This document shows, in pieces, positions 25,635-38,699 of a stretch of DNA of 64,000 nt. The notes under the pieces were generated by a model that ran no database searches, was not told the DNA's origin, and saw nothing but the letters and a program-made list of their open reading frames with translations. Every line of letters starts with the position of its first letter. Positions within the stretch are counted from its first letter, which is position 1. Source of the stretch: Mobula birostris (taxonomy: Eukaryota); assembly GCF_030028105.1 (NCBI RefSeq), contig NC_092376.1, forward strand, positions 179,776,080-179,840,079. Reading direction: 5' to 3'. Made by a program: the position numbers and the translations under genes.

Positions 25635-28249
25635 CAGATACAAAATTCCCTAAAAGTGGCGTCACAGGTAAATAGGGTCGTACAGAGAGCTTTTGGTACA
25701 TTAGCCATTATTAATCAAAGTACTGAGTACTTTGAGAGTTGAAATGTTATGATGAGGTCGTATAAGGCATTGGTGATGCCGAATCTGAAGTATTGTGTTC
25801 AGTTTTGGTCACCGAATTACAGGAAGGATATTATTAAGAAACATAGACACGTAGAAAATAGGTGCAGGAGTAGGCCATTCGGCCCTTCGACCCTGCACCG
25901 CCATTCAGTATGATCATGGCTGATCATCCAACTCACAATCCTGCACCAGCCTTCCTTCCATACCCCCTGATCCCTTTAGCCACAAGGGCCATATCTAACT
26001 CCCTCTTAAATATAGCCAATGAACTGGCCTCAACTGTTTCCTGTGGCAGAGAATTCCACAGGTTCACCACTCTCTGTGTGAAGAAGTTTTTCCTAATCTC
26101 GGTCCTAAAAGGTTTCCCCTTTATCCTCAAACTGTGACCCCTCGTTCTGAACTTCGCCAACATCGGGAGCAATCTTCCTGCATCTAGCTTATCCAATCCC
26201 TTTAGGATTTTATACGTTTCATAGAAACATAGAAACATAGAAAATAGGTGCAGGAGTAGGCCATTCGGCCCTTCGAGCCTGCATCGCCATTTATTATGAT
26301 CATGGCTGATCATCCAGATCAATCAGATCCGCCCTCAATCTTCTAAATTCCAACGAGTATAAGCCTAGTTCATCCAGTCTTTCATCATATGAAAGTCCTG
26401 CCATCCCAGGAATCAATCTGGTGAACCTTCTTTGTACTCCCTCTATGGCAAGGATGTCTTTCCTCAGATTAGAGGACCAAAACTACACACAATACTCCAG
26501 GTGTGGTCTCACCAAGGCCTTGTACAACTGCAGTAGTACCTCCCTGCTCCTGTACTCGAATCCTCTTGCTATAAATGCCAGCATACCATTCACCTTTTTC
26601 ACCGCCTGCTGTACCTGCATGCCCACTTTCAATGACTGGTGTATAATGACACCCAGGTTTCGTTGCACCTCCCCTTTTGCTAATCGGCCACCATTCAGAT
26701 AATAATCTGTTTTCCTGTTTTTGCCACCAAAGTGGATAACTTCACATTTATCCACATAAAATTACATCTGCCATGAATTTGCCCACTCACCTAACCTATC
26801 CAAGTCACCCTGCACCCTCTTAGCATCCTCCTCACAGCTAACACTGCCGCCCAGCTTCGTGTCATCTGCAAACTTGGAGATGCTGCATTTATTTCCCTCA
26901 TCCAAGTCATTAACATATATTGTAAACAACTAGGGTCCCAGCAGTGAGCCTTGCGGTACCCCACTAGTCACTGCCTGCCATTCTGAAAAGGTCCCGTTTA
27001 TTCCCACTCTTTGCTTCCTGTCTGCCAACCAATTATCTATCCACATCAATACCTTACCCAATACCGTGTGCTTTAAGTTTGCACACTAATCTCCTGTGTG
27101 GGACCTTGTCAAAAGCCTTTTGAAAATCCGAATATACCACATCCACTGGTTCTCCCCTATCCACTCTACTAGTTACATCCTCAAAAAATTCTATGAGATT
27201 CGTCAGACATGATTTTCCTTTCACAAATCCATGCTGACTTTGTTCGATGATTTCACCGCTTTCCAAATGTGCTGTTATCAAATCTTTGATAACTGACTCT
27301 AGCAGTTTCCCCACCACCGATGTTAGGCTAACCGGTCTATAATTCCCTGGTTGCTCTCTCCCTCCTTTTTTAAAAAGTGGGGTTACATTAGCCACCCTCC
27401 AATTCTCAGGAACTAGTCCAGAGTATAAAGTTTTGAAAAATTATCACTAATGCATCCATTATTTCTTGGGTTACTTCCTTAAGCACTCTGGGATGCAGAC
27501 CATCTGGCCCTAGGGATTTTTCGCCTTTAATCCCTTCAATTTACCTAACACCACTTCCCTACTAACATGTATTTCCCTCAGTTCCTCCATCTCACTGGAC
27601 CCTCTGTCCCCTACTATTTCTGGAAGATTATTTATGTCCTCCTTAGTGAAGACAGAACCAAAGTAATTATTCAATTGGTCTGCCATGTCCTTGCTCACCA
27701 TAATCAATTCACCTGCTTCTGTCCGTAGGGGACCTACATTTGTTGTTAAGGTTGAAAGAGTGCAGAGAAGGTTTACAAGGATGTTGCCGGAACTTGAGAA
27801 AATAAGTTACGGAGAACGGTTGAATAGGTTAGGACTTTATTCCCTGGAGCGTAGAAGAATGAGGGGAGATTTGATAGAGGTATATAAAATTATGATGAGT
27901 ATAGATAGAGTGAATGCAAGCAGGCTTTTTCCACTGAGGCAAGGGGAGAAAAAAACCAGAGGACATGTGTTAAGGGTGAGGGGAGAAAAGTTCAAAGGGA
28001 ATATGGGGGGGGGGCTTCTTCAGACAGAGAGTGGTGGGAGTGTGGAATGAGCTGCCAGATGAGGTGGTAAGTGCGGGTTCTTTATTAACACTTAAGAATA
28101 AATTGGACAGATACATGGATGGGAGGTGTATGGAGGGATATGGTCCGTGTGCAGGTCAGTGGGATTAGGCAGAATATGGCTCGGCACAGCCAAGGAGGGC
28201 CAAAAGGCCTGTTTTTGTGCTGTAGTTTTTCTATGGTTTCTATGGTTTT
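25635..28249 (+). mobile_element. 5'-truncated CR1 (same subfamily as 14015-17928) inserted in pseudogene EC1, itself split (25635-25838 and ~27744-28249)
   Basis: Near-identical to 17228-17928 ('cagatacaaaattccctaaaagtgg'...'ctatggtttctatgg'). Confidence 0.9.
25839..27743 (-). mobile_element. CR1 LINE of a different subfamily nested in the previous CR1
   Basis: ORFs 27054-27395 (NYRPVSLTS, DFQKAFDKVPH), 26483-26755, 25933-26322; (ctatgttt)n-type tail at 25839; flanks ATTATTAAG/GTTGTTAAG look like a decayed TSD. Confidence 0.92.
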
Positions 28250-29869
28250 TATAAATATCACAGTTATTTCGTAACATTTAGATTTTATCTGCGTCTAAAA
28301 AGTATCTATAGTAGCTGTGGATTTAAATAAGGCAATATTTTATAGAACCGTAAATACAAACAGAGAGGAATGTGCCATCAAAACCATTTCTGCCTGCCTA
28401 AACTCCATAATCCGCTGAAACTGTATCATTTAGAACTTACAATTCTGGATGTCAATTATATCAACTTCCCTTCTGGAAAAGAGAAGCTGGCATAGAAATA
28501 TCAGGACTAACGCAGATTGGAGCAACTTTCCCGCTCCCGTTCGCGCACGACGCAGACGCTGGAAATAAAAATGTTCAATCCTGTAAACTGAGCCACAGCG
28601 AGCACTTCACTGTGAAATTACAATCAGATGGCGAATAAACTTGTATCCAGAATTGATATTGGCGCCAGATTCAGACCGAGAACAACAAACTATTCGCTGT
28701 CTAACGCTGACAGCGTTTGACGGAGAGAATCCAAAATATTCGGATCAACCCAAATTTTCGTAACGGTACTTGATGCGAAAGACAGTGCTCCGGTCTGCAA
28801 AAACTGTCACAACCACGGATTCGGCAGCGCAGCAGATTCGGCAATTGCGCTCTTTAATATGCACGTTTCAGCTAATTACTATTTCATTGTGATGGAATTT
28901 AACTTCATTCATTCCGTCGTAGTATTTATCGAGACTGCGACACACCTACGCTTCGCTGCCTGCATTCCACCTTGCCCGAGAAATTGGACTATGGAGTCAA
29001 ACGACTCTGGAATCTAGCGATATTCGTTTTATTCTTAGTTTTCTTTTCATTTGCTGTGCAGGCTACATTTTCCATTTGAGAGTTACAGTTAACGGCCCTG
29101 TTTGGCCGAGCATTTTCTGTCTTCTTTTCCCTTTAATACTGTTCGCATTAAAATCTGTGAAATGTCGACCCGCTTCAGTGTCTCACACTCCTCACTTGGG
29201 CCATATACGAACCTGGTGACAGCAAGTCTCGACCACGCAAAGGTGAACCCAGCGGAGAGAGAGCAGCTGACCTTGGCCATCAGATTCATTGGTCAGAGTG
29301 AATCGTCGAGGCAACAATGTTCCGTTCGAATTCCTCTGTATGAACTCCTGTTTCTGTCTCCAGCGTGACAGAAGGATCTTGCCAATAATAGACCCAGCAA
29401 AGTTTGAACAGTGCCGTTTTGACATTGGTGGCTTGAGATGAGGGTGCCTTCTACTCTCAGTGCATGTCCTGACTCTATATTCCGGGGTGTCCCGAGTCTA
29501 CATACCGAACTTCTCCAGTCTACATTGAGTTTCTCTCTTATCCATTCCAAGCTCTTCAAGTCAAAAGTACCCAGGTTCTCAGCATTGTGGTCCCGTGACT
29601 CAGATCTGCATAACAAATAAGCGCTTCAAGAAAGCTTTTCAATTGATTCAATATTCAAGTCAGGTGTAAATTCTGGAAGAGCCCTACTCCAAACGTTAAT
29701 TCCTGGCTGGAGTGTGCAAATATACAAGTAAAGTAACCCTGTCAACAGTATTTTTAACCCCTTGTTAAAAGTCATGGTACAGATTGGAAAAATTGTGAAA
29801 GAGGAGACACTGTGAACAGAATTTGAAAAGGTTTCTTCTCTAGGTTTCAAGTTTCATGGTTTAAACTTT

Positions 29870-31080
29870 TCATAGTCATATTCATAATCATAGTCATACT
29901 TTATCGATCCCGGGGGAAATTGGCTTTCCTTACAGTTGCACCATAAATAATAAATAGTATTATAACCATAAATAGTTAAATAGTAATGTGTAATTTATGC
30001 CAGGAAGTAAGTCCAGGACCAGCCTATCGGCTTAAGGTGTCTGACTTCCAAGGGAAGAGTTGTAAAGTTTGATCGCCACAGGCAGGAATGACTTCCTATG
30101 ACGTTCTGTGCTGCATCTCGGTGGAATGAGTCTCTGGCTGAACGTACTCCTGTGCCCAACCAGTACATTATGTAGTGGATGGGAGACATTGTCCAAGATG
30201 GCATGCAACTTGGACAGTATCCTTTTTTCAGACACCACCGTCAGAGAGTACAGTTCCATCCCCACAACATCACTGGCCTTACGAATGAGTTTGTTGATTT
30301 TGTTGGTGTCAGCTACCATCAGTCTGCTACCCCAGCACACAACAGCAAACATGAAAGCACTGGCCACCACAAACTCGTAGAACATCCTCAGCATCGGCAG
30401 ATGTTAAAGGACCTCAGTCTCCTCAGGAAATAGAGACGGCTCTGAGCCTTCTTGTAGACAGCCTCAGCGTTCTTTGACCAGTCTAGTTTATTGTCAATTG
30501 GTATCCTCGGGTATTTGTAATCCTCCACCATGTCCACCCTGACCCCCTGGATGGAAACAGGGGTCACCGGTACCTTAGTTCTCCTCAGGTCTACCACCAG
30601 CTTCTTAGTATATTTTCACATTAAGCTGCAGATAATTCTGCTCACACCATGTGACAAATTTCCTACCATAGCCCTGTACTCAGCCTCATCTCCGTTGCTG
30701 ATGCATCCAACTATGGCAGAGTCATCAAAAAATTCTGAAGATGGCAAGACTGTGTGCAGTAGTTGAAGTCCGAGGTGTAAATTGTGAAGAGAAAGGGAAA
30801 CAAGACAATCCCCTGTGGAGCCCCAGTGCGGCTGATCACTCTGACACATAGTGTTGCAAGCACACGTACTGTGGTCTGCCAGTCAGGTAATCAATAATCC
30901 GTGACACCAGGAAAGCATCCACCTGCATCGCTGTCAGCTTCTTCCCCAGCAGAGCAGGGCGGATGGTGTTGAACGCACTGGAGAAGTCAAAAAACATGAC
31001 CCTCACAGTGCTCGCTGGCTTGTCCAGGTGGGCGTAGACACGGTTCAGCAAGTAGACGATGGCATCCTCAACTCCTAGTC
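29870..31080 (-). mobile_element. Rex1/Babar-like LINE RT and 3' end, nested in the LTR element
   Basis: 'LNRVYAHLDKPASTVRVMFFDFSSAFNTI', 'F.DDSAIVGCI', 'KAQSRLYFLRRLRSF', 'SFLPVAIKLYN'; short tandem-repeat tail at 29870-29899. Confidence 0.9.
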
Positions 31081-31804
31081 GGGACTTTTCTCAGTGTCCC
31101 CAGGGTTTTCCTTTTCCGATCGTTTCCAAGGCTTATTCAATGCGTTTAGGATTTTTAAATGATCTCCCCATCTCGAGAACTCCCAAGCCTCCCTCTCGAC
31201 CCCGCCCGGGGCTTTTTGATATCAGTCTGTTGGGGTTCCCAGGTATCAGTCTCCCTGGATCCCAAAATCTCCCTGCCTCTCGAGCTCCCCATGCCTCTCT
31301 CTCAAGTTCCCCAGGTGTTCCCTAGATCTCGAGTTTTCAGGTCTTCCAAGGCCATCAAGTGTTAGCTATAGTGAGGGGGCTCTGTAAAGACTTCCTCAGG
31401 CCCGTTCAGGGCATCAGAGAGCTTTTGGGCTCTGGTTTTTAGATCACCTGATTTGGTTAATTGTTGCTTAATAGTTATTAATGGTTTTGGAGTTTCTTGT
31501 GTTTTTCTCGAGTGACTCGCTCTTTGTAATGCGGTTTCCTGGCGCTTTCTGTTTAAGTTTAAGTTTGTTTTGATAAATTCAGATTATGTGTCAGTTTTAT
31601 TCTTGAAGCAGCTGCCGAATTATCTCCAATCGAAGGGTCCTCATTTTGAGAATGATTTGACTCATGGTGTCACTTGGTAAAGCTACCTCTGTGTAAGCTC
31701 CTGCTTCTGTCTCTACATGGAAGCCTGTGGCTCCGATATTGGCAGTGCACAGCATGCCACTAACTATCAGCATCACTGAAGGACACCTTGGACTCTTAGG
31801 CAGG

Positions 31805-31930
31805 TACACGGAGCTTAGAAAAATAGAGAGCTATGGGTAACCCTCGGTAATTTCTAAAGTAAGGACATGTTCGGCACAGCTTTGTGGGCCGAATGGCCTG
31901 TATTGTGCTGTAGGTTTTCTATGTTTCTAA
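31805..31930 (+). mobile_element. CR1 3' terminus fragment
   Basis: Matches 200-325 ('atgttcggcacagctttgtgggccgaa.ggcctgtattgtgctgtagg'). Confidence 0.75.
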
Positions 31931-34114
31931 GTCCCTCATTCGAGACTTTCAGCGGACACAAGTCTGTGGCGCCTAGGTGGCTGCGCCTGTCACAACCACG
32001 GATTCGGCAATTCCCCTCGTGAATATACAAGTGTCAGCTAATAATTATTTCATTGTGATAGTATTTAACTCCATTCATTCCGTCGCAGTATTTGTCGAGA
32101 CTTCGACATAGCTACGCTTCGCTGTCGGCATTCCGCCTTGCCCGGGAAATTGGACAATAGAGTCAAATGACTCTGGATGCTAGGGATAATTGTTTTATTC
32201 TTAGTGGTTCTCTTCAGTCGTTGTGTAGGCTACGTTTTCCATTTGAGAGTGTTAGTTAACGGCCCTGTTTGGTCTAGCATTTACTGTATCCTTTTCCCTT
32301 TTACAATGTTCGCATTAAAGACTGTGAAATGTCGACCCTATTCAGTGTTTCTCAACTCCGCACTTGGGCCATATGCGAACCTGATGCCAAAAAGAGCATC
32401 TATCAAATTACAATCCGTAAAATATGCCTAAAGGTTCCTTGATACTGCAAGTTAAAGCCAATGAAGTCCTAAATAGAGAAGTAGCTTTTTTTTCCTTTCG
32501 GGGACCACAATCCTGATAAAGTGCGCAAATTATTTCGCTTGGATGTAGCAGAGGGCGAAATCAGGATAATTGGTGTGTGGACTTATGAAGTGATAGTCCG
32601 CAAGTCGCAACAACTTCTGTGTCGTTTGTTATCACAGGACATGCTTTAGCAGATATCACAGCATTTCGTTTTTCAAAGTTACCAACTAGTATTCCGCAGT
32701 GGATTATTGTCATATTACAACTGATTGCTTCTTCAAACTGGTGAACTCATGATTACGGTACGTATTCATTGTCGGCGATACAGATTGGGAAAAGACAGCA
32801 GACTACAGCATTACCATCGTCGGTATTGATCCCGGATTTCCAGTGCTTTAGGGAAGAAACCCATTGGAGTTCACGCTCGGATATAAACGATAATACGCCA
32901 CATTTTACGCAAGCTTAGTTCTCCCTATATTTGAATGAAAATAACGCGGTTGGTGGTCTGTTCTGTTCAAGCCTCTGATATCGATTGTGATGAAAACAGC
33001 CAATTATCTTACTCTATTTCGATCTCATGTTTTACCTGTATCATCACTCGTCTCAATAAACTCAATAAATTGAATGGAGTTTGCACGCAGAAAGTTTAAT
33101 TTTGTAGAAATTAGATCATTTCAATTCTTCGCGCAAATAAGGGATGTTGGATCACCATCGCCTATTAGTAATGTAATAGTGAGTGTAATAATGGCAGACC
33201 AGAACGATAATGCCCAAAAGTAGTACCACCTCTGTCAAATAACTAACAAAGTACAAGAAATAATTCCAAATTCTGGAGAAGCAAGCGACTTGGTAGCAAA
33301 AGTGACATCCACAGAAGCTGATTCTGGTTTAAATGCACGACTTTCCTATCGCATAAGGCAGCCCTCTGCTGGACGTTATTTACGTTGCTACTGAAAGAGG
33401 GTAATTTTGGACAATTCGCTGCTTTCTGCAGAAAACCCAATTAAGTCAAAAAGGTCGTCATTGTAAGGGACAATGGCACGATGTCACTTTCATTCACAGT
33501 GACCATCAATGTTTCGGTGCAGGATGACTGGACAGAACATGCATCTAATATTTGCATGTTAGATAGTTCTGGCCAATAGAAGTACGATTTTGGCAATACT
33601 TAATGATGGCATCTAGCTCAACCTCCTTGCTACTACTTTTGACTGTTGTGTTTATTGGTATTAAGATGCACAAAGTAGGAATGGATACTAACGCTTACTG
33701 CTCTTGCTGGAAAACAGCATTCATTTTCGGTCGAGGGATTCAGTAAATTGAATTGAAAGGTCGAGCGAAACAAGTGAAATACTGCCCAAATCTACGGAGG
33801 GGCATTTTGATGAGAGTGTTCCACAAGCATTTTGACGTGATATTGACGAAAATCCAGCACGACCAATATCATGTTGCTGAATTCATGTGGTCTGTCTGTG
33901 CCCGTGATTAATATCAAGGCTGGCCCATGTGGCACAGCAGAACATCGGACTATATCGAACTCCACGGGCAGGAATGTCACAGAATTTCACGAAGTGAGTG
34001 TTTCAGTGCCCAAATATTAGAACGGAATAGTGCAAGATACCGCGCATTCGGACACGAACGTAACTAGACTTAAGAGCAAGTGCCAAAATAAAAATCTGAA
34101 CAACTGTTCCCAAT

Positions 34115-36545
34115 TAACATAGAAAATACAGAAAACCGACAGCACAATACAGGCCCTTCGGCCCACAGAGCTGTGCCGAACATGTCCTTACCTTATAAAT
34201 TACCCAGAGCTACCCATATCCCTATATTTTTCTGAGCTCTATCTACCTGTCCAGGAGCCTCTTAAAAGTCGAAGTCGTATCCGCCTCCATCACCGTCACC
34301 GGCAGCCCATTCCACGCATTCATCACTCTCTACGTAAAAACAACTCACCCCTGACATCTCCTCTGTACCTACGTCCAAGCACCTTAAAACTGTGCCCTCG
34401 ATTCAGCCCTGGGAAAAAAGCACTGAGTATCCAAATGATCTATGCCTCTCATCATCTTATATACCTCTACCAGGTCATCTCTCATCCTCCGTCGCTCCAA
34501 GGGAAAATGGCGGAGTTCACTCAACCTATTCTCATAAAGCACGCTCCCCAATGCAGGAAACATCTTTGTAAATCTTCTCTTCACACTTCCTATGGTTTCC
34601 ACATCCTTCCTATAATGAGGCGAACAGAACGGAGCACAGTACTCAAAGTGAGGTCTGACCAGAGTCCTATATAGCTGTAACATTACCTCTAGGCTCCTAA
34701 ACTCAATCCCACAATTGATTAAACACAATGCATGGTACTCGTTCCTAAGCACAGAGTCAACCTGCGCAACGGCTTTGAGTGTCCTATGGACTCGGACCCA
34801 AGATCCCTCTGATCCTCCACACTGTCAATATTCTTACCATTAATACTATATCCTGTCATCATATTCGACCTACCAAAATGAACAACCTCACACTTATCTG
34901 GGTTTAACTCCATCTGCTACTTCTCAGCCCAGTTTTGCATCCTATCAATGTTCCGCAATGACCTCTGACAGCCCTCTCCACCATCCACAACACTCCCATC
35001 CTTTATGTCTTCAGCAAATTTGCTAACCTATCCTTCAACTTCTTCATCCATGTCATTAATAAAACTCACGAAGAGTAGGGGGTCCCAGAGCAGATCCCTG
35101 AGTCGCACCACTGATCACCGACTTCCATGCAGAATATGACCCGTCTACAACCACATTTTGCCTTCTGTGGGCAAGCCAGTTCTGGATACACAAAACAATG
35201 TCCCCATGCATCACATGCTCCTTACTTTCTCAATAAGCCTTGCATGGGGTACCTTGTCAAATGCCTTGCTGAAATCCATATAAACTACATCTGCTGCTCT
35301 ACCTTCATCAATGTGTTTAGTCACATCCTCAAAATAGTCAATCAGACTCATAAGGCACGGCCTGCCTTCAACAAAGCCATGTTGTCTATTCCTAATCATA
35401 TTATGCCTCTCCAAATGTTCATAAATACTGCCTCTCGGGATATTAGCCATCAACTAAGCAACCACTGAAGATCACTGGTCTATAATTTCCTGGGCTATCT
35501 CTACTCCCTTTCTTGAATAATGGAACAACATCCGCAACCTTCCAATCCTCTGGAACCTCTCCAGATCCCACTGATGATGCAAATACCATCGCCAGAGGCT
35601 CAGCATTCTCCTCCCTCACCTCCCACAGTAGCCTGAGGTACATTTCGTCCAATCCCGGTGACTTATCCAACTTGATGCTTTCCAAAAGTTCCAGCACATC
35701 CTTATTCTTAATATCTGCTTGCTCAAGCTTTCCAGTCCACTGTAAGTCATCCCTATAATCGCCAAGATCCTTTTCCGTAGTGAATACTGAAGCAGACAAC
35801 TGATTAAGTACCTTTGCTATCTCCTCTGGGTTCCATACACACTTTTCTACTGTCACACTAGATTGGTCCTATTCTCTCACGTCTTATCCTCTTGGTCTTC
35901 ACATACATGCAGAATCCCTTGGGGTTTTCCTCAATTCTGTCCGCCAAAGCCTTCTCATGGCCCGTTCTGTCTTTCCTAATTTCTTTCTTGAGCTTCTTCC
36001 TACTAACCTTATAATGTTCTGGATCTCTCTCATCACCTAGTTTTTTGAACCATTCGTAAGTTCTTCTTTACTTCTTTACTAGATCTGCAACAGCCTTTGT
36101 AATCCAAGGTTACTGTACCCTACCATCCTTTCCCTGTCTCATTGGAACGTACCTATGCAGAACTCCACGCAAATATCCCTTGAACATTTGTCACATTTCT
36201 TCCGTGCATTTCTCTGAGAACATCTGTTCCCAATTTATGTTTCCAAGTTCCTGCCTGATAGTCCCATATTTCACCTTATTCCAATTAAACGCTTTCCTCA
36301 CTGTCTATTCCTATCCCTCTCCAATGCTATGGTAATTGAGATAAAAGTGTGATCACTATCTCCAAACTGCTCTCCCACTGAGAGATCTGACACCCGACCA
36401 GGTTCATTTCCCAGTACCAAATCAACTACAGCCTCTCCTCTTGTAGGCTTATCTACATATTGTGTAAAGAAACCTTCTTGAATGCATTTAATAAATCCAC
36501 CCCATCTAAACCCATCGCTCTAGGGACATTCCAATCGATATTTGG
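34115..36545 (-). mobile_element. CR1 LINE ORF2 and 3' end, disrupted
   Basis: ORFs 35443-35856 (VVPLFKKG..PGNYRPV), 35211-35453 (YMDFSKAFDKVPH), 34384-34752 (LVRPHFEYC). Confidence 0.92.
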
Positions 36546-36599
36546 AAAAGGCTCAACAATTTTAAAAAAAAACTGCTGTCAGTATATTTGGCAACATGC

Positions 36600-36760
36600 T
36601 CTCGCATTCCGCGACGAAAGCTGGCCTGTGCTTCGAGGCGAGCGGTCCCAGGTACGAGTCCGACTGGCTCTTTGCCGGCTTCTATGAGTGCTAGGTTGTG
36701 CGTCTCAAATCGGCCTCGAAAAAAGAACAGACAAATGCTAAAGAAACGGCTAAATTGCGC
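36600..36760 (+). mobile_element. Possible tRNA-derived SINE
   Basis: B-box-like GGTACGAGTCC near 36650 in a CpG-rich head, followed by an A-rich stretch. Confidence 0.35.
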
Positions 36761-37394
36761 TGTGAAGCAATGGTCACAGTTGTTAGTTGACTGCAAAGTA
36801 ACAAGGTTCTTGATCCATTATGGCCGATGTATTATCAGTCTCAGAGTAACATGCATGAACATTACCTGCGCACTGCTTCAGCCAGTAAGCCCTTCCTTCA
36901 GTGTTAGTATGGAACACAGTAAGTCGTGCGATTCCTGCCACATGTTGTTTAATTATATTGCATCTTTTCCCGTCCTCCAGTTACCCGCCTTTTTTGTATA
37001 TCTCTAGATGGATCTAGATAACAAAAAGTAAGCCGTAGTCCAAACAGCAATTGAAGATGAAAGTGATGAATTGTTTTCTGGTTTACATTCTTCAGATTTG
37101 CCTGTTACCCTGAAAGGAAGTGCCAAAGCTGAAAATTGCATTAATTGCTTCTGAATTACAATTTATGTCTCGATTACAGATGAGCTCTAACTTAACACAA
37201 CATATTCTTAACATGCATATTCTGAATAATAATGAAAATATATTACCATTGAGCTTAAGATTCAACCTGAGCAAAGTAACAAAGATAATAAATTATTTTG
37301 AAAAACTAGTTGAATTTTAGAAAAAAAACACGCAACACGATTGTCGCCACTTTACTATTGTTATGGGCTCGTCATGCGTTCTAAAATTCAACCA

Positions 37395-38635
37395 TGAACA
37401 GAAGAGATTCTGCAGATGCTGGAAATTCAGGACAATACACACAAAATGCTGTAGGAACTCGGCAGATCATGCATCGTCTATGGACATTAATAAACAATCT
37501 AATTTCTGACAGACCATCATCAGGAGTGGAAAGAAAGAGAAAGGTGTTGCGGGGAGAAAGAAGGTAGAATGAGACGGTGGGGGGGGTGGGAGGTATATAA
37601 GCTAGAATGTGATAGGTGAGGCCAGGTGAATGGGGGAGGAGGATGAAGCAAGAAACTAGGAGGTGATAGATGGAATAGCGAAAGGGCTGGAGAAGAATGA
37701 ATCAGATAGGAGAGGAAAGTGGAGCACGGGAGAAAGGGATGGAGGAGCGCACCAGGACGAGATGATAAGCAGATTAGCAAAACAGTAGCGAGAAGGGGGC
37801 CGAATGAGAATAGAAGATGTGGGCTGGGGAGAGGGGGTGGGGGGATGAAGGTGTCAAAATACCGCAAATTGGAGAAACCAATGTTCACGTCATGAAGTTG
37901 AAGGCGACTCAGGTGGAATATGGGACTCAGATGGGAGTGGCCTCATCATGGACATTGTAATTAAAATGGTTGGTCACCTGAAAATCTTGCCTTTTGCGGA
38001 TAGAGCGAAAGTGCTTGACAAAACGAACTCCAAGAGGATCGTAGGTACCTGCGCTGGATTTAATGCTTCTCCTCCACCTTCTTCAGACCTTTACCTTTCC
38101 ATCTATCACCAGCCAGCATCGGATATCATCCTGCCTACCCCACATAGCCGCCTTCCCCCTCACTTAGTTTCAACTATCAGCTTCCAGCATGTGCTCCTTC
38201 CCCATCCCTCATCAACCTATTCTGATTTTCTTCCCCCTTCCTTTGTAGTCCTGGTGAAGGTTCTCTGCCCAAAACATCGACAATAGATGCTGCCTGATCT
38301 GCTGAGTTCCTCCAGAACATTATTTGTTCCTCCTGATTTCCAACAGCTGTAGTATCTCTTGTGCTCCCTATTCCCTGGATGTGGTTTTGCTTTCCTGGAC
38401 TCAGAGGTGTCCTCCTTCTTCAAAGAACGGGGGCTCTCCTTCTCCACCATTGGGTCTGCCCTCACCTGCATCTTCTCCGTTTCACGACCTTTCTCCATCT
38501 TCCCGCTGCCTTAACAGAGATAGAGTTGCTGTTGTCCGCATTTTTTACCCCTTAAGCCTACTCATCCGGCATAACATTCTCTGGATCGTCCACATCTTGA
38601 ACGGACCCCTACCACCAAATACTAGATTTTTATCA
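37395..38635. mobile_element. Penelope-like element fragments in both orientations
   Basis: Purine-rich arm (37395-37930) and complementary pyrimidine-rich arm (38060-38350) with shared 'gcagatgctggaaat / tgctgcctga.ctgctgagttcctccag' ends; coding remnant 'FFKERG..SSTI....NRDRV.VV..FYP'. Confidence 0.65.
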
Positions 38636-38699
38636 TTTGCAAAATCTCTTGCGTTTATACAAGAAGTAACTTATATAATTTTATAAATAATTTCCTGCA

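Larger units (their letters stand above)
28805..32389 (+). mobile_element. Non-autonomous or deleted LTR retroelement with two LTRs (28805-29221 and 31988-32389)
   Basis: Both direct repeats start TGTCACAACCACGGATTCGGCA and end CTGGTGACA / CTGATGCCA. TSD AAAAC (28800-28804) / AAAAG (32390-32394). Removing the element restores in-frame C-K-K-S-I-Y-Q-I-T-I of the protocadherin. Confidence 0.9.
25482..33993 (+). pseudogene. Fragmented protocadherin variable-exon pseudogene (25482-25633; ~28250-28804; 32390-33993)
   Basis: Piece 1: MASILKTQL*...ENISYTISEK..NISAD. Piece 2: NPLKLYHLELTILDVN, FPLPFAHDADAG, DREQQ, LTLTAFDG, VLDAKDSAPVC. Piece 3: SIYQITI, DINDNTPHFTQ, DQNDNA, VRDNGT, TM-like stretch and donor GAA|GTGAGT at 33993/33994. 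Many stops and frameshifts. Confidence 0.92.
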
